DNA of 64,000 nucleotides from Alphaproteobacteria bacterium. Lineage in GTDB: Bacteria; Pseudomonadota; Alphaproteobacteria; SP197. The notes below the pieces were generated by a model. That model saw only the letters and a program-made list of their open reading frames with translations. It did no database searches and was not told the DNA's origin. Position numbers and translations under genes: made by a program. Below, one piece after another: positions 37,936-50,670 of this stretch. How positions within the stretch are numbered: position 1 is the first letter of the stretch; each line of letters starts with the position of its first letter. Where the stretch lies: the NCBI GenBank assembly GCA_965228895.1, contig OZ245842.1, positions 2,592,001 to 2,656,000 of the forward strand, read 5' to 3'.

Positions 37936-38981
37936 GGGAACATGGGTGCGGCGGAGAGCCCGTCGGTTTCCTCGAAACCCGCCATCACGTTCATGTTCTG
38001 CAGCGCCTGGCCCGATGCGCCCTTGACCAGGTTGTCGAGAGCGGAGACCAGAATAGCGCGGCCCGGCAGACGGTCGGCAAAGACGCCGATCAGGCACAGG
38101 TTCGAGCCACGCACATGGCGTGTTGCCGGCGCCTGACCTTGAGGCACCAATTTGACGAAGGGTTCGCCTTCGTAACGCCTGGCGATCGCGGCGCGCAGGT
38201 CGTCGGCTGTATGACCGTTCTTCAAGCGCACATAACTGGTCGCCAGAATGCCCCGGTTCATCGGCATCAGATGCGGCGTGAAACTGACAGTTATCGGTTC
38301 GCCCGCCGCCGACGACAGTTCCTGTTCGATCTCCGGCCCGTGCCGATGCGTTCCGATGCCGTAGGCATGAATGCCCTCGGAAACCTCCGTGTGCAGGTTG
38401 GCTTCCTTCGGCGAACGGCCGGCGCCGGTCACGCCCGATTTGGCGTCGATGATGATATCGCCGTGTTCGATGAGATCGCATTCCAACAGCGGCACCAGCG
38501 GCAATTCGGCGGCCGTCGTGTAGCACCCGGGGTTGGCGACCAGCCGCGCCTGGCGCACGGCGTCACGATAAATCTCGGTGAGGCCATAGACGGCGCTCTT
38601 CTGCAGCTCGACCGCGCGGTGCTTGCCGCCATAGATCTGTTCGTAAAGCGCGGTGTCGGCGAGCCGAAAATCGGCCGACAGATCGACGATCTTCACGTGC
38701 TCCGGCAGACCGGCGATGGTTTCCTGGGTCGTGCCGTGAGGCAAACAACAAAAGACGGCATCGACCTCGTCCCAATTGACATCGTCGATGGTGACGAGGT
38801 CCGGCAGGTCAAGATGATGCAGGTGCGGGTAGACCTCGCCCATCGCTTCGCCGGCGCGGCGGTCCGCGGTCAACGCCACAATGCGCAAATCCGGATGGCT
38901 CACCGCCAGGCGCAACAGTTCGGCGCCCGTATAGCCACTTGCGCCCAAAATCGCGACGTTCAGCTTGCCGTTGGCCGACAT
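37932..38981 (-). CDS. argC: N-acetyl-gamma-glutamyl-phosphate reductase
   Basis: GASGYTG, ANPGCY, DNLVKGASGQA. Confidence 0.97.
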   Translation of the reverse strand: MSANGKLNVAILGASGYTGAELLRLAVSHPDLRIVALTADRRAGEAMGEVYPHLHHLDLPDLVTIDDVNWDEVDAVFCCLPHGTTQETIAGLPEHVKIVDLSADFRLADTALYEQIYGGKHRAVELQKSAVYGLTEIYRDAVRQARLVANPGCYTTAAELPLVPLLECDLIEHGDIIIDAKSGVTGAGRSPKEANLHTEVSEGIHAYGIGTHRHGPEIEQELSSAAGEPITVSFTPHLMPMNRGILATSYVRLKNGHTADDLRAAIARRYEGEPFVKLVPQGQAPATRHVRGSNLCLIGVFADRLPGRAILVSALDNLVKGASGQALQNMNVMAGFEETDGLSAAPMFP

Positions 38982-39035
38982 GATGGTTCTCCTGCATTGG
39001 CGGCGCGGCTTCTAGCACAACTGCGTGCCCGATGG

Positions 39036-40031
39036 CTAATGCGTCGACTCGCTCTTGCGATAGGCGAATGACTCATCGAACCGCCCGCGGATGTAGTCGC
39101 CGCAGGTGACCGGCGGGTAATGGGCGTCCTTACCCGGCGCACAGACCGGGTCGATCACGGTCTGGCTGTCGGGATCGACGGCCATGGCGATGGAGTAGCG
39201 TTCGCGCCCGGCCCGGTTGACCACCCGATGCCGGGTCGAGGCGAAGAGATCATTGGTCCAGCGCTCCAGCAGGTCGCCAACATTGACGACCAGGGTGCCT
39301 GAGATCGGGTGGGCGGTGAGCCACGCGCCGTCGCGCCCCAGAACCTCCAGGCCGCCGACGTCATCCTGGGCCAGGATCGTCATGCAACCATAATCGGTGT
39401 GCGGCGCAACGCCGAACTGCCCGTCGTCACGGGCCGGCTGGGCGGGGTAGTGAATCAAGCTGGCGCGCGAAATCGGCCGCTCGAAACCGTGCGTGAAGAT
39501 ATCGCGCGGCGCGCCGAGAGCGGCGGCGAAGGCACCGAACATCAGCCGCGCGACATCATGGGCGCCGTCGAAGTAGGCCGTGAGGGTCTCCCGCATGTCG
39601 GGCATGGCAGCGGGCCAGCGGTTGACGCCGATCATCGCGCCCTTGCCGATCACCGCCGGGTCGTCGGCGGGAAGGTCGAGCCCCCAGATGTAGCTTTCTT
39701 TCAAGTCAGGCTGGTCGTGGCCCGCCATCTTGGCCTGGCCGATCGGCAACCAACCGCGATGGCGTTCGCTGACCCGAACCTCCTCCTTCACAGCGTCCGG
39801 CTGGGCAAAGAACCGACGCGAGCAGGCAAAGGCGCCATCGACGACGTCTTGTCGCAGACCATGATTGCCGACATAAAAGAAGCCGGCCGTCCTGGCCGCG
39901 CGCAACAGCTGCGCGCCGACGTCTTGATAGGCCGCGTCATCGGCCGTTCCGCCGTTCGCGTGCAAAGGGCCGATGTCGATAATCGGAATGTCGTCGACGG
40001 CGATCTCATGGGCGGCAGCGAAGTCAGTCAT
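39036..40031 (-). CDS. 2OG-Fe(II) oxygenase, IPNS-like
   Basis: HTDYG, VNVGDLLERWTND, HRV, RYS. Confidence 0.92.
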   Translation of the reverse strand: MTDFAAAHEIAVDDIPIIDIGPLHANGGTADDAAYQDVGAQLLRAARTAGFFYVGNHGLRQDVVDGAFACSRRFFAQPDAVKEEVRVSERHRGWLPIGQAKMAGHDQPDLKESYIWGLDLPADDPAVIGKGAMIGVNRWPAAMPDMRETLTAYFDGAHDVARLMFGAFAAALGAPRDIFTHGFERPISRASLIHYPAQPARDDGQFGVAPHTDYGCMTILAQDDVGGLEVLGRDGAWLTAHPISGTLVVNVGDLLERWTNDLFASTRHRVVNRAGRERYSIAMAVDPDSQTVIDPVCAPGKDAHYPPVTCGDYIRGRFDESFAYRKSESTH

Positions 40032-40614
40032 CGCCCGCACTGGCGCCATAGTAGCCGACCTGATCGCCATCAAGGCTGACACCAAGGCCGTTCAGGACAC
40101 GGTTCGAATAGTTGAAGTAGGCGACGACCTGATTGACCTCCAGGATCTCGCCATCGTCACAGCCGGTTTCGCGCAACGCGGCGATATCTTCTTCTTCCAT
40201 GACACCGACCCACACGGTCAGCTTTTCCGCGTAGCGCAACAGGGCGAGTTCCCTGCCGTCGAACTCGGCCTCCGGCGCGCGGCTCGTCAAGGCGGAGCGA
40301 ACACGTTTGGCGCGATCTTCATCGCCCATCAGGCGCGCGGCATTGGCGAAGTGGTGCCTCAGGCTATAATTGCAGTTGTTGACGACGCTGACATAGCTCG
40401 CAACGACCTCGAGGAACCACAGCGGCAGCACGGTCTCCGGGTGGTGCAGTACGCTGCGGTAAAGCGCTAGGTGACCTTCCATGGTGTGGGGCCGCAGCGA
40501 ATGGACGCGCATGACATTGTCGACCGTGCCGTGGGGCGTGCGCGCCAACTCGAACGCCTGTCGCAACGACCCATCCGCATCTTCTTCGGTGATAATCCTG
40601 ATCCAAGCGGCCAT
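40024..40614 (-). CDS. Peroxidase-related AhpD/CMD-family protein
   Basis: VSVVNNCNYSLRHH, YFNYSNR. Confidence 0.85.
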   Translation of the reverse strand: MAAWIRIITEEDADGSLRQAFELARTPHGTVDNVMRVHSLRPHTMEGHLALYRSVLHHPETVLPLWFLEVVASYVSVVNNCNYSLRHHFANAARLMGDEDRAKRVRSALTSRAPEAEFDGRELALLRYAEKLTVWVGVMEEEDIAALRETGCDDGEILEVNQVVAYFNYSNRVLNGLGVSLDGDQVGYYGASAGDD

Positions 40615-40729
40615 ACCGCACCCCGCCTTACCTCAACTATCTATGATTATCAGCCATCCCGCCACGATCACAAGTGGTGGTCATCATTCCGTCCCCAATG
40701 CTGAAGCAAGAGGCGGCCTGCCCAACGGC

Positions 40730-41653
40730 CTAGCGCCTAGAGGGATGCACCGTGTTCGGCACGATACCGGCAACGATGTCCGCCAGCTTCTCGACCAACG
40801 CCATGCGCGGATAACCCTTACGGTGCGTCAAGCGGACGGTCCGCCCGGCGGTGCCGCTTTTTTCGCGGCGGACCGAGATCCCCGCATCGGTCACCCAGCC
40901 GCCCGTGAGGCTCATCGCCGGCACCAGCGTGATGCCATCGCCAGAACCAACCAGCGAGAGGATGGTCGACAGACTGGTCTTTTGCGTCCTGGGACCACGA
41001 TCGCCGGCCGTGCGGGACCGATCGAGTTTGCAGGCCTCATAAATCTGATCACGCAGGCAATGGCCGTCCGACAGGAGCAACAGTTCGCTTGGTTCAATCT
41101 GCTCGATATCGACGGTTTCGTCCTGGGTCAGCGGATGATCGTTCGGCATCGCGACCCAGAACGGCTCATCGTAGAGGACGATCTCGGACAAAAGAGCGTG
41201 GGTCGGACTGGTGGCCAGAATCGCCACATCCAGAGCGCCATCCACCAGTTGTTGTTCCAGGTGATCGGTGAAGTCCTCGATCAGCTCCAGCCGCACATCG
41301 GGCAGATAGTGTTTCACCGCCGGCAGCAGTAACGGGGTCAGAAACGGCCCGATGGTCAACGGCATGCCAAGGGTGCATGGACCCACCAGCGGATCCTTGT
41401 GGGCTGCGGCGGTCTTTTGCATGGCGTCGACATTGCGTAGGATTTCGCGGGCGCTTTCGACGGTCTGTTCGCCGATTTCGGTCAGCCGCACATGGCGCTT
41501 GGTGCGCTCGAAGAGCCGCACGCCGAGCCGCTCTTCGAGCTTGCGCAACTGACCGCTCAGGGCCGGCTGACTGGCGTGGCAGCGCTCGGCAGCCCGGCCA
41601 AAGTGCAGCTCCTCGGCGACGGCAACGAGATACTCGAGATCCCTAGTGTTCAT
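40730..41653 (-). CDS. oxyR: LysR-type H2O2 sensor OxyR
   Basis: LysR HTH; DGHCLRDQIYEAC with both redox Cys; divergent from katG. Confidence 0.92.
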   Translation of the reverse strand: MNTRDLEYLVAVAEELHFGRAAERCHASQPALSGQLRKLEERLGVRLFERTKRHVRLTEIGEQTVESAREILRNVDAMQKTAAAHKDPLVGPCTLGMPLTIGPFLTPLLLPAVKHYLPDVRLELIEDFTDHLEQQLVDGALDVAILATSPTHALLSEIVLYDEPFWVAMPNDHPLTQDETVDIEQIEPSELLLLSDGHCLRDQIYEACKLDRSRTAGDRGPRTQKTSLSTILSLVGSGDGITLVPAMSLTGGWVTDAGISVRREKSGTAGRTVRLTHRKGYPRMALVEKLADIVAGIVPNTVHPSRR

Positions 41654-41970
41654 GGCCCAAACCAACAGTTTCGAGACTCGACAGCCTAGCCTGATTAATC
41701 GGCAACGACGATCAGGTTGATATTTTTATTCTATTTCTCTTATGAAAGGCGCAGGCCTATTTTTAGTTGGTCATCCAGAAACGAGGTTGCCATGCCCCAC
41801 CCGCCCAAGCGAACGGCGAACGCCGACACACCAACGCCCGGCAGCCAGCGCAACTGGCGATCGCGGCATACCCAGACATCGTCATCCACCGCAGTCACCG
41901 TGTGGGCGCTGGATCGGATGTCACGGGGACGCGGTCTCATTGATACGATCTTTCCACTAACGCAGCATGA

Positions 41971-44193
<2,223 letters not shown>

Positions 44194-44218
44194 CCACCAT
44201 CGCAACCGCGACAACAAA

Positions 44219-44251
44219 AAACGGCCTTCCCGTCTGACGGGAAGGCCGTTT
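44219..44251. terminator. Bidirectional intrinsic terminator between katG and rpsI
   Basis: AAACGGCCTTCCCGTC-T-GACGGGAAGGCCGTTT perfect inverted repeat. Confidence 0.85.
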
Positions 44252-44276
44252 CTTCGTGTCGTCTGTTTGGTGTCGC

Positions 44277-44762
44277 TTAGCGCTTGGAGAACTGGAAGCT
44301 GCGTCGCGCCTTGCGCTTACCGTACTTCTTGCGCTCGACCACGCGCGGGTCACGGGTCAGGAAGCCGCCCTTCTTGAGCGTCGCGCGCAATGCCGGCTCA
44401 TAGAGCGACAGCGCCTTGCTGATACCGTGACGGATGGCGCCGGCCTGACCGGAGAGACCACCGCCCCTGACCGTCGCGAAAACATCGTACTGCTCGCCAC
44501 GGCCGACAACCTGGAACGGCTGGTTCATGATCAGGCGCCATGTCGGGCGTGGAAAATACTTCTCGACCTCGCGGCCGTTGACGACGATGCGTCCGCTGCC
44601 CGGACGGATCCAGACGCGCGCAATGGCATCCTTGCGTTTGCCGGTCGCGTAGGCGCGGCCCTTATCGTCGATCTCGGGATCCGGCAGTTCGACAGGCGCA
44701 GCGGCCTGCTCGACAGGCGCGGTCGCCTGCTCGATCGCTTCGGAAAGTTCGGTTGCAGCCAT
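44277..44762 (-). CDS. rpsI: 30S ribosomal protein S9
   Basis: [26 protein letters not shown]. Confidence 0.98.
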   Translation of the reverse strand: MAATELSEAIEQATAPVEQAAAPVELPDPEIDDKGRAYATGKRKDAIARVWIRPGSGRIVVNGREVEKYFPRPTWRLIMNQPFQVVGRGEQYDVFATVRGGGLSGQAGAIRHGISKALSLYEPALRATLKKGGFLTRDPRVVERKKYGKRKARRSFQFSKR

Positions 44763-44764
44763 GG

Positions 44765-45229
44765 TCAGGCAGCCCTCTTGTTCTTGCGGTTACGGCTCGC
44801 CAGGTCCAGCACCTCGGGGCTCTGGGCCTCATGCGGGTGGTCGGGACCGACGTAGACTTTCAGCTTTGTCATGATGTCGCGGCCCAGCGGGTTGCGCGTG
44901 ATCATGCGTTCGACCGCCTTGATCACGACACGCTCCGGATGATCGCCTTCCAAGCGCTCGCCCATGGTGCGGCCCTTGACGCCGCCGACCCAGCCGGTGT
45001 GCCAATAAAATGTCTTCTGATCGCGCTTGTTGCCGGTCAGAGCGACCTTTTCGGCGTTCACGACGATCACGTGGTCACCGCAATCGACATGGGGCGAAAA
45101 GGTCGGCTTATGCTTGCCGCGCAGGATTTTGGCGATTTCGGACGCCATACGGCCGAGGACCATGCCCTCGGCATCGATGACGTACCATTTACGCTCCACG
45201 TTCGCGGGCGTCGCGACGTAAGTCTTCAT
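44765..45229 (-). CDS. rplM: 50S ribosomal protein L13
   Basis: WYVIDA, LRGKHKP, DCGDHV, HPHEAQ. Confidence 0.98.
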   Translation of the reverse strand: MKTYVATPANVERKWYVIDAEGMVLGRMASEIAKILRGKHKPTFSPHVDCGDHVIVVNAEKVALTGNKRDQKTFYWHTGWVGGVKGRTMGERLEGDHPERVVIKAVERMITRNPLGRDIMTKLKVYVGPDHPHEAQSPEVLDLASRNRKNKRAA

Positions 45230-45410
45230 AACGTACCATGTCCCAAAAATTCAGGGGCCGCGGGCGCTTGAGAGCCGCCGCAGCCCAGGGCGGCGGAAAC
45301 TACCACAAAAGTCCGGGCTGTCAACGCTTTCAGAGCACCTTGTGGCCCCGCGATCGCGCTGCCAGGATGCGCGCGCGCCAGGAGGACGTTCCCAGCATGT
45401 TTCAAGCCCC

Positions 45411-46304
45411 ATGACCGACCAGAAAACCGCCAGCAACAGCGCCAGCGTTGAGGCGCTGCAGGACGTTCTGAACCCGGTGATCGACGGTATCAACCAGCTT
45501 TTTTTCCACTCCCGCGCGCTGAGAGCCTGGGGCATCACCGAAATCGGCCGTGCCGAGCATAGGGAGTGGATCGTCAAGATGCAGCGCGCCGAGATGCTGG
45601 TTGTGCGCTTGACCGCGCTCGACGGGGCGCCGCGCAGCCGGGACGCCGTCGACCTGGACCTGGGATCCGACGTCACCAGTGCCCTCGCCTCGAACCGCGC
45701 GCTGACAGAGCGCCTGATAACGGTCCTCGACAAGGCGAGCGCCGCGAGCGCCGGCGATACGGCGACCACGGATATCCTGAACGACTGCCGCAAGGTCGAG
45801 ATCGCCTATCTGGAACGGCTGGATGGATGGCTTGACGCGCCGGATGCCCTGCCCAAGCCAGCCAACGCCAAGCACCTGATGCCCAAGGACGGCGGCAAGA
45901 GCGCGATTGAGGCAATCAACCGCCTGCTCGTGCCGCTGACCGACTGTGTCAGCCAATTCTTCTACCACAGCCTGATCTTCGACGGCTGGGGCGATAAGGA
46001 CCTCGCCGAGCGGGAACTGAACGCCGCACTCGACAAGATGTACCGGTCCGAGGCCCTCCTGGAGCGCCTGCTCGACCTGGGCGGCACGCCCGACGGTCAT
46101 GACTTCGGCAAGATCGTGATCGGAACGAGCGAGGCCGAGATCGACCGCCTCAGCCTGGCCAGCCAGAAAACCATCCCGCCCCTGGCCGCCGCAGCCCGCG
46201 ACCTCGTCGATCCCTCCGACGACCCGACGACCTATGTCATGATCGAAGGCATCTGGCGCGGCGAAGAGGCCGACCTTGCCCGCAGAGAGGCGGCAGTCTC
46301 TTGA
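45411..46304 (+). CDS. Tandem two-domain bacterioferritin-like protein
   Basis: Two Bfr-like repeats: INQLFFHSR..WG..KMQRA and VSQFFYHSL..WG..KMYRS..LERLLDLGGTP. Confidence 0.75.
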   Translation: MTDQKTASNSASVEALQDVLNPVIDGINQLFFHSRALRAWGITEIGRAEHREWIVKMQRAEMLVVRLTALDGAPRSRDAVDLDLGSDVTSALASNRALTERLITVLDKASAASAGDTATTDILNDCRKVEIAYLERLDGWLDAPDALPKPANAKHLMPKDGGKSAIEAINRLLVPLTDCVSQFFYHSLIFDGWGDKDLAERELNAALDKMYRSEALLERLLDLGGTPDGHDFGKIVIGTSEAEIDRLSLASQKTIPPLAAAARDLVDPSDDPTTYVMIEGIWRGEEADLARREAAVS

Positions 46305-46363
46305 CGGTCTCGACCGAGCAAGGCTGTTGCGCGGGCTACACTGCATCCGCACACTGAGCAACC

Positions 46364-47152
46364 ATGACCGAAACCGACGATATCCTGCTGCGCGACGACC
46401 ACGACAACGGGGTCACCGTGCTGACGTTGAACCGCCCGAAGCAGCGCAACGCGCTGTCGGTCGGGCTGATGACCGCGCTGCAAGACGCGCTTGCCGCCGT
46501 CGCCAACGACAAGAACGTTCGTGTCGTCGTCCTGGCGGCGAGCGGCCCGGTCTTCTGCGCTGGGCACGATCTGAAGGAAATCCGCGCCAATCCCGGCCGC
46601 AACTACTATGACGCGCTGTTTGCCCAATGCAGCGAACTCATGACGTCAATCGTGCGCTTACCCAAACCGGTCGTCGCACAGGTTCAGGGGGTGGCGACCG
46701 CGGCCGGCTGTCAGTTGGTGGCAAGCTGCGATCTGGCCATTGCCTCGACCGAGGCGGGCTTCGCAACGCCGGGCGTCAATATCGGGCTCTTTTGTTCGAC
46801 GCCCATGGTGGCGCTGTCGCGCAACGTCGGACGCAAGGCGGCGATGGAAATGTTGCTGACCGGCGAGATTGTCGATCCCGAATGGGCAGTGGCGATTGGA
46901 CTGATCAACCGGGTCGCGGAGCCCGAGCAGTTGTCCCAGACCGTGCTCGAGCTCGCCGGATCGATCGCGGCGAAATCGCCGCTGACGCTCGCCATCGGCA
47001 AGGAGGCGTTCTATCGCCAGGTCGAGATGCCGCTGGACGACGCCTATCGCTATGCCAGCGAGGTGATGGCGCGAAACATGCTGGCCCGCGACGCCGAGGA
47101 AGGCATCGATGCGTTCATCGAGAAACGCGATCCCGTGTGGACGGGCGACTGA
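46364..47152 (+). CDS. Enoyl-CoA hydratase family protein
   Basis: FCAGHDLKE, ATAAGCQLVASCDL, PGVNIGLFCSTP. Confidence 0.93.
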   Translation: MTETDDILLRDDHDNGVTVLTLNRPKQRNALSVGLMTALQDALAAVANDKNVRVVVLAASGPVFCAGHDLKEIRANPGRNYYDALFAQCSELMTSIVRLPKPVVAQVQGVATAAGCQLVASCDLAIASTEAGFATPGVNIGLFCSTPMVALSRNVGRKAAMEMLLTGEIVDPEWAVAIGLINRVAEPEQLSQTVLELAGSIAAKSPLTLAIGKEAFYRQVEMPLDDAYRYASEVMARNMLARDAEEGIDAFIEKRDPVWTGD

Positions 47153-47156
47153 GATC

Positions 47157-47651
47157 ATGAACCACGACCGCTACGACGACGCTTACCTGCGCGACATCCT
47201 GCGCCGGTGCCGGACGATCGCGATGGTCGGCGCCAGCCCGAAATGGGTCCGGCCGAGCTTTTTCGCCATGAAGTACCTGCAGATCAAAGGTTATCGCGTT
47301 TTGCCGATCAACCCCGGCACCGCCGGGCAAACCATCCTGGGCGAAACGGTCTATGGCTCGCTGGCCGAGACGCCCGGTCCCTTCCAGATGGTCGACATTT
47401 TTCGCAATTCAGAAGCCGCCGGCGCCGCCGTCGACGAGGCCATCGCGCTGAAGGACGACAAAAGCATCGAGGTCATCTGGATGCAGCTTCTGGTGAGAAA
47501 CGACGACGCGGCCGCACGGGCTGAAGCCGCAGGTCTGAAGGTCGTCATGAACCGGTGCCCCAAGATCGAGTACGGCCGGTTGTCCGGCGAGCTCTCATGG
47601 GGCGGCATCAACTCGGGCATCATCACGGCAAAGGCGTTGCGGGCGCCATGA
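47157..47651 (+). CDS. CoA-binding protein (YccU-like)
   Basis: IAMVGASP, VDIFRNSE, WMQL, MNRCPKIE. Confidence 0.9.
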   Translation: MNHDRYDDAYLRDILRRCRTIAMVGASPKWVRPSFFAMKYLQIKGYRVLPINPGTAGQTILGETVYGSLAETPGPFQMVDIFRNSEAAGAAVDEAIALKDDKSIEVIWMQLLVRNDDAAARAEAAGLKVVMNRCPKIEYGRLSGELSWGGINSGIITAKALRAP

Positions 47652-47818
47652 AACGGCTGTCCCGTCTGGCTGTGGCTGTCGTCCTGTGCCTTTCGCTCGC
47701 CGGCTGCGGCTGGTCCGTCGATTGGCAGAAGACGGGCGAGCTTTGGATCGGCGCGCTGTGCGACGGCGTGTCGAAGTGCAGCTACGACGCCGACGGCGAT
47801 CCCTACACCCTCCATTAG
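47648..47818 (+). CDS. Small lipoprotein (56 aa)
   Basis: MKRLSRLAVAVVLCLSLAGC lipobox; ATGA overlap with upstream gene. Confidence 0.65.
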   Translation: MKRLSRLAVAVVLCLSLAGCGWSVDWQKTGELWIGALCDGVSKCSYDADGDPYTLH

Positions 47819-47830
47819 ACGGACGCGCCC

Positions 47831-49123
47831 ATGGCAGACAGCGACGGCAAGACCTATGGCATCGAGACAAAGGCGGTTCACGCCGGCGCCCGGCCCGATC
47901 CGGTTACCGGTGCGCGCGCGACACCGATTTATCAGACGACCAGTTTCGTCTTCGACGATGTCGACCACGCGGCCTCCCTCTTCAACCTCCAGACTTTCGG
48001 CTACATCTATTCGCGCATCACAAACCCGACGGTCGCGGTGTTCGAGGAACGCATCGCGAGCCTGGAAGACGGCCGCGCCGCCGTCGCCTGCGCATCCGGA
48101 CATGCGGCCCAGTTTTTGTGTTTTTTCACCCTGCTGGAGCCGGGCGACCATATCGTCGCGTCAAAGTACCTTTATGGCGGCTCGGTCACCCAGTTCACCC
48201 GCACGTTCCCGAAGATCGGCTGGACGTCGTCCCTGGTCGATCCCAACGACCTCGCCGCGGTTGAGGCGGCGATCCAGGACAACACCAAGGCCATCTTTGT
48301 TGAGGCCCTGGCCAATCCCGGCGGCATCATCGTCGACCTGGAACCGCTGGTGACGATCGCGAAGGCGCACAAGATCCCGCTGGTCGTCGACAACACCATG
48401 GCGACACCCTATCTGTGCCAGCCCATCCACTGGGGCGCCGACATCGTTATTCACTCGGCGACCAAGTTCATCGGCGGTCACGGTAATTCCATGGGCGGCG
48501 TCATCGTCGAATCCGGCCAGTTCGACTGGTATGCCAGCGGCAAGTTTCCCGGCATGACCGAGCCGGAGCCGGCCTATCACGGGCTGACCTTTGCCGAGAC
48601 CTTCGGCGACTTCGGCTTCACCATGAAAGCGCGCGCGGTAGCGCTGCGCGATTTCGGGCCCGCGTTGTCGCCGACCAACGCCTTCAATCTGATTACCGGG
48701 TGCGAGACCCTGCCGCTTCGGATGCAGCGCCATTGCGACAACGCACTGGCCATCGCGACGTTCCTGGAGACCCACCCCAAGGTCGCGTGGGTGTCTTATG
48801 CTGGTCTGCCGGCCAATCCTTACCATGATCTGGCAAACCGTTATCTTCGAGAGGGTTACGGGAGTGTTTTCACATTTGGCGTGAAGGGCGGTTTCGATGC
48901 CGGGACCCGTGTCGTCGAGACCGTGAACCTGTTCAGCCACCTCGCCAATATCGGTGACACCAGAAGCCTGATCATCCACCCGGCAAGCACCACCCATCGC
49001 CAGCTGGAGCCGGCGGAACGCGAAGCCGCCGGCGCCGGCGATGACGTCATCCGACTTTCGATCGGCATCGAGACCGCCATCGACCTGATCGACGACCTCG
49101 ACCAGGCGCTCAACGCCGCCTAA
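47831..49123 (+). CDS. metY: O-acetylhomoserine aminocarboxypropyltransferase
   Basis: YIYSRITNPT, HSATKFIGGHG, HLANIGD, HPASTTH. Confidence 0.93.
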   Translation: MADSDGKTYGIETKAVHAGARPDPVTGARATPIYQTTSFVFDDVDHAASLFNLQTFGYIYSRITNPTVAVFEERIASLEDGRAAVACASGHAAQFLCFFTLLEPGDHIVASKYLYGGSVTQFTRTFPKIGWTSSLVDPNDLAAVEAAIQDNTKAIFVEALANPGGIIVDLEPLVTIAKAHKIPLVVDNTMATPYLCQPIHWGADIVIHSATKFIGGHGNSMGGVIVESGQFDWYASGKFPGMTEPEPAYHGLTFAETFGDFGFTMKARAVALRDFGPALSPTNAFNLITGCETLPLRMQRHCDNALAIATFLETHPKVAWVSYAGLPANPYHDLANRYLREGYGSVFTFGVKGGFDAGTRVVETVNLFSHLANIGDTRSLIIHPASTTHRQLEPAEREAAGAGDDVIRLSIGIETAIDLIDDLDQALNAA

Positions 49124-49626
49124 AGCCGCAGTTCCTTGGTGATCACGTCTGGAGACGGTGCGTTGTCCGAGGCGACGACCTCGAAACCCAGATCGTCATA
49201 GATGACGTTTGCAGCGACCATGGACGGCAGCGTTTCCAGCCGCACGCTGCGGCAGCCGATGCCGCGCGCCTCGCCAAGGATCGCCTCGGTCAGGCGGCGG
49301 CCCAACGCCATGCCGCGCGCACTTGGCTCGACATAGAGCCGCTTGATCTCGCAGGCCCCGTCCGCGCCCAGCGAACGAAGTGCGATGACGCCCAGGACCT
49401 CGCTTTCGTTTTCGGCCAGAAGCAGGCGCCCCGCCGGCGGTGCGTATTCTCCGGGCAAGGATTCAATTTCCTTATCAAACCCTTGAAAACACGTCTTAAA
49501 ACCCAGCGACCTCGCGTAAGACATGAAGAGCTCGCGGACCACGGCAAGATCGGCTTCACCGTCGGCCTCACGCAACGTCACGGACGCCGCGGCCCCGGCG
49601 TTGGGAGATGTCTGGTCAGTGGTCAT
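49120..49626 (-). CDS. GNAT N-acetyltransferase
   Basis: CEIKRLYV, RGMALGRRL. Confidence 0.9.
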   Translation of the reverse strand: MTTDQTSPNAGAAASVTLREADGEADLAVVRELFMSYARSLGFKTCFQGFDKEIESLPGEYAPPAGRLLLAENESEVLGVIALRSLGADGACEIKRLYVEPSARGMALGRRLTEAILGEARGIGCRSVRLETLPSMVAANVIYDDLGFEVVASDNAPSPDVITKELRL

Positions 49627-49755
49627 GGCACGATCTCGTTCAGGTTCACCCGGGATCATTCCGCTTACTCCTTGATCGTGTCAATGCGCACAATTGACGC
49701 ATGGACGCCATACACCCGGAGAGCTATGCAGCCTGCCTCTGGTTGGAGGTCCGCC

Positions 49756-50658
49756 ATGGCGCCACGGGATCGCACACATCTGGGGCTGGGCATCCTGTTC
49801 GGTTTCCTGGTCGCCAATCTTTGGGCCGGCTGGATGGTGGTCTCGCGCTATGGCGCGACCCACGACTTGACGGCGCCCGACATTACCTTTCTGCGCTTCC
49901 TGGCAGCAGGTCTCGTCACACTGCCCATCTTCATCATCCGCTGGCCGGAGATCCGGCGCATCGGCTGGACGGGGCTGGTCATCCTGGCCGCCTTTGGCGG
50001 CGTGCCCTACAGCCTGGCGTCCGTCGCGGGCATGGGCTTCGCGCCGGCGGCACAGGCGGCGGTGGTGATTCCGGGCGCCCTTCCCGTCTTCGCCACCCTG
50101 CTCGCCTGGGCCTGGCTGAGCGAGCGCCCAGGGGGCTTGCGTTGGCTGGGACTGGCCCTGGTTCTCGGCGCGATCGCCCTGATCGGCCTGGAAGGCGGGG
50201 TGACCGGCACCTGGCATGGCTACGCGATGTTCCTGGCTGCCGCCGCCATGTGGGCCGTCTTCACGGTCGGCACACGCGTCTACGGCCTGCGGCCAATGAG
50301 CAACGTCGCGGTTATCTCGGTCCTGTCGCTGGTGTGGTACGCGCCACTCTTCCTGGCCTCGGGCGCAAGCCGCCTTAACCAAGCAGGTTTCGGCGATATC
50401 GCCCTGCAGTTCGTCTACCAGGGACTGATCGCGGGCGTGCTGGCGCCGATCATGTACACCCGCGCGATCCACGCGATCGGCGCGGCGCGCGCGGCCTTGA
50501 TCATGGTGCTGGTGCCGGTGCTGACGCCGATCCTGGGCTGGATGTTCCTGGGTGAGATACCGGGCTGGCTGACCGTGGCGGGCATTCTTCTGGTGCTGCC
50601 CGGCATGGCCATGGCGGGCGGCGTGGTCGACGCGATGACCAAGTCACGGCGGCGGTAA
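49756..50658 (+). CDS. DMT/EamA transporter
   Basis: About 10 TM segments, two EamA-like halves. Confidence 0.88.
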   Translation: MAPRDRTHLGLGILFGFLVANLWAGWMVVSRYGATHDLTAPDITFLRFLAAGLVTLPIFIIRWPEIRRIGWTGLVILAAFGGVPYSLASVAGMGFAPAAQAAVVIPGALPVFATLLAWAWLSERPGGLRWLGLALVLGAIALIGLEGGVTGTWHGYAMFLAAAAMWAVFTVGTRVYGLRPMSNVAVISVLSLVWYAPLFLASGASRLNQAGFGDIALQFVYQGLIAGVLAPIMYTRAIHAIGAARAALIMVLVPVLTPILGWMFLGEIPGWLTVAGILLVLPGMAMAGGVVDAMTKSRRR

Positions 50659-50670
50659 GCAACGCGCGGA

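Noticed and set aside
37396-38526. 376-aa ORF as an extended gamma-carbonic anhydrase
   Set aside because: The N-terminal half overlaps argC in another frame; the real start is likely the GTG at 37935.
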